This document shows positions 60,881 to 64,000 of a stretch of DNA of 64,000 bases, piece by piece. This DNA is from Obrimoposthia wandeli (Eukaryota), in the NCBI GenBank assembly GCA_977020255.1, contig CDROCS010000384.1:62001-126000 (forward strand). Reading direction: 5' to 3'. Under the pieces are notes generated by a model, which saw only the letters and a program-made list of their open reading frames with translations, searched no databases and had not been told where the DNA came from. Numbering within the stretch: the first letter of the stretch is position 1; each line of letters opens with the position of its first letter. Both the position numbers and the translations under genes were made by a program.

Positions 60881-62764
60881 TTGGTAAATAGGGAGTATAT
60901 TATTAATTTCTAAATAAGTGCCTAATTGTATCGAAATCAATTTTACCCGAACTTTCGAATCCAATATATTTAAATGGGCATCAATAAAATTTGGTATTAT
61001 AACTATAGTTACAAAATCACAAATTATAAGTCACTTAAACTGATGGAATTTTCTCAAATTCAACTGAAGATGACAATTACTATTTCAAATGCGTACGTAT
61101 TCATTAAACCACAAATAGAGGGTACACTAATACAGAAGAATTTATTAAAGCAAATGAATGACATTTTTTTACCCCAGAAAATCATTTTAAGGTGTTGCGG
61201 AGAAAATGTCAACTTTTGATCAAAATAAAGATTAACACAACTGAAATTAGAAAAATATTTCACATTTTCAAATTCCTCGAGTAAAATTCATTCTAAATAT
61301 CTTTTAATATTTAATTAAAGAACAATCTAATATTTGTAGAAAAAATAAATTAATTAAATTATATAATTTAAAATATAATATTAATAAAATAAAATATATA
61401 ATTAATTACTTTTGTTATAAAATTGCTTTTGAGCAAATTTATTATATTATTTTAACAAAGGTTTTGGAAATGTTTTTTAAAAAAATCTGAATAAATTAAA
61501 ATAAAAAACCAGCTTTCAAAATATTGTTATCTTAATGTACTAATTTGATTTTTGATTTTCATAATGATGAAATTCAAACAACAAATATTATTTGAAAGAA
61601 ATCATATGAATAAAATCATTAAATAGTATAATAGTGATCAAATAGACATTTAATTATGTGACATTTACATGGGTTTGTGATACAATATCGGTATTTATAG
61701 AGCTGTATCTATATTTTGTAATATTCAGTAAATTGATTTAGAATGTATTTATTTCGTTATGTGATTTTGTTATTTCTGATTTACATAATTTTTGTACTGT
61801 ATTAAATAATATTTATATTGGGCATTTAGCGTGTTTTATATTATCAAACATACGAAATCTTTTTTCATAGTTAGTTAAAATAATTTTTAAAAAATTTTAA
61901 TTTTAATTTATGTAATCATATAAATTTATATTATTCCTTCTCCCACATTTTTGATATTAAATATCTAAATCTATCATCAAATAATAAAAGTAAATAACAA
62001 ATTTCAATGAACATTTTAAATACAATGAAGTCAATATTACCATACTGACTAGAAATGTTGTTTTCTTAAAGGGAAAAAGTAAGTTATTATTTTTTACACA
62101 GTGTAACTTTTAAATTAAAGTTGGGCTAATTTGATATTAAAAAAATCAATCAAGAAGTTAAAATCGATGTGGCACACACACACACATTTCTTACAATACA
62201 GAATTTCTAAAATAAATACACAAACCAAGAATTTTTAATGCTAAAATGGCGATAATATGAAAAAATGCACTATTATTGAATACGACTTTACACATGTGTG
62301 TGATATAAATAGTTAATTATTTGGTTACTTAAAAATCAATTTATTAAATTAGGAAATATCACAATATCATTCCTGAGTGATTTAAAATTCAAATCGGTAA
62401 TCTAATTAGCGTCACCAAACCACAATTCAAAAGATAAATCAATCACAAAAACAAAATCAAATCAAGGATCAATTGAAATCCCAAACCAACAATCTTCAGT
62501 CTGTGTCATCAATTGCCACATACCGGCATTACTATTACTGTTGTTTGTCCGGTTTATTAAATTTGAATAAAGCAATACTGATTATCCGTTATTATTTTGT
62601 CGCTTCCCAACTTCTCAATCCCCACAAATTCACTCAACAACATGATATTTATGGATATTCGCGTAAAATGTCTGATCTCACTAAACCTTTCCAAATTAAT
62701 ATTCAATCAATTTAGTCACTTTTTGATATTGCTAAAGTGTAAAGCTATCAATTTGTCTGTGCAG

Positions 62765-62948
62765 CATGCAAAGTAAGTCTGGAGACGGGTGGCTACTTCA
62801 GCCGCGACGACCGCTTCTACTGTCGTCTTCACTATCTGGAGAACTTCGGTGTGAAGTGCTGCAAATGCGGCGAAACTGCGGAGGGTGAGGTCATGGTGTT
62901 TCTGGGCGCCGCCTTCCATCTGGACTGCTTTCGCTGCTCGGCCTGCAG
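62765..62948 (+). CDS. ABLIM: abLIM/UNC-115 exon (end of LIM1 plus LIM2)
   Basis: CKVSLETGGYFSRDDRFYCRLHYLENFGVKCCKCGETAEGEVMVFLGAAFHLDCFRCSAC matches abLIM C..L..GG.F....Y.C..DY...G.RC..C....EGEV...LG..YH..CF.C. Phase 1/2. Confidence 0.88.
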
Positions 62949-64000
62949 GTTCGCCTTTCAGTCTCTCACCACACCGCACGGAAAATCCGGCAAATTGACA
63001 TCCTCTCTAATCTTAGCACCTAGTCAATCTGAGCAGCTTTTCTGTTTCATTCTTTCGTCATCAGTTAGTAACTCTTTAAAGTCGATATTCTTGTTTCATA
63101 ACATATTAAATATATTAATTTGTTGGCAAATTTAAAATAGTAACTGACAATCTCAGGGGCTTTTTCCATGCCATATAAGGAGAGACTGTTGTCATTCGAT
63201 CTCTGTCTATCTGGTATTGTCCAAATTTCCAACAGATAATACAGATTCTGAAGGGGAATTCGGGTCACTAGGGGGATTGTAGAACAGAACTTATTAAGAT
63301 AACCTTTAATCACTCCAACGTCACCTGCAGGTATGCTATATATACATAGATAGACAATTCTGTGTTGTAGAGATTAAATTATAAAAAAACATAACATGTA
63401 ATTAACATTTTTTCAATTTTCAATGATATATTTTTTAAACTCTTTCGCTACCAATACATTGATTATATGATAATTATTCGAAACATATAATAAAATCTAA
63501 GATAAGGTAGCAGCTACATTTAATATAAAGTTGTAGGGGGAATCAATTTATTATGCATTAATTTTATCGGAAATTTTTAACTGTATTTCTGTGAATCTTA
63601 TCAAGAAATGTGATTGAGAGTTTAATTAAAGTTAAATCTGCTTAAATCGGATCATCTAAATTCACGATAAAAACTGGTTTAACCTGCTAACTTTTCACAG
63701 TAAAATATTTATAGATTACCAAATATATCTAAATGTTTTCATAAGTACTGTATTACATATTTTACATAAATCCAACTTGGAATGGAATAGTTAGCTATAG
63801 TTATAGCTGTTAAAATAATCATTATGATTAAAATAATAAAGAATATACAATTATAGAGAAACAACAGAATGTGGTGCAATTCTTTAGAGATATTCCAAAT
63901 TTCTTCAACTTAATTGAAGCGTGTTTTCTTTTGGATATGCTAAATTATAGTTTAAAATTTAGATTAATAAAATGTAGGCAAGTAAGAACAAGTAATAGCA

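Noticed and set aside
62949-63135. Extension of the abLIM exon through the 62851-63135 ORF
   Set aside because: LIM spacing is lost after the GT at 62949, and the phase-2 boundary matches the abLIM exon structure as I recall it.

Overview
AT-rich, intron-rich animal genomic DNA. The composition and repeat content are planarian/flatworm-like, but that is an inference. Three host genes lie on the + strand. (1) An MBOAT1/2-type lysophospholipid acyltransferase with an uninterrupted CDS (8446-9906). (2) A TTC29 ortholog reconstructed as 9 phase-compatible exons (14524-35972; first and last exons less certain). (3) The first two LIM-domain exons of an abLIM/UNC-115 gene (43332-43430 and 62765-62948, joined across a ~19.3-kb intron; the gene runs off the window). 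The rest is mostly decayed transposable elements: BEL/Pao, Ty3/gypsy, L2/CR1, an RLE-type non-LTR element, Tc1/mariner, pogo, hAT and MITEs. Six copies of one 1.2-1.85-kb solo-LTR family (TGTTGG...CCTA(A/C)CA) are present, with 4-bp TSDs verified for four insertions. The most notable observations: (a) a gypsy gag/integrase fragment whose coding strand is extremely G-depleted, with G-to-A-type amino-acid changes, resembling deaminase hypermutation (23486-26272); (b) an array of 12 stem-loops with compensatory stem changes and unique spacers inside one solo LTR (51148-51580); (c) an LTR inserted in reverse into the last 9 bp of a sister LTR, giving a 2.6-kb inverted repeat with a deleted centre (3011-5594); (d) large exon-to-exon GC differences within single genes. 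All counts were made by hand and no database searches were run.
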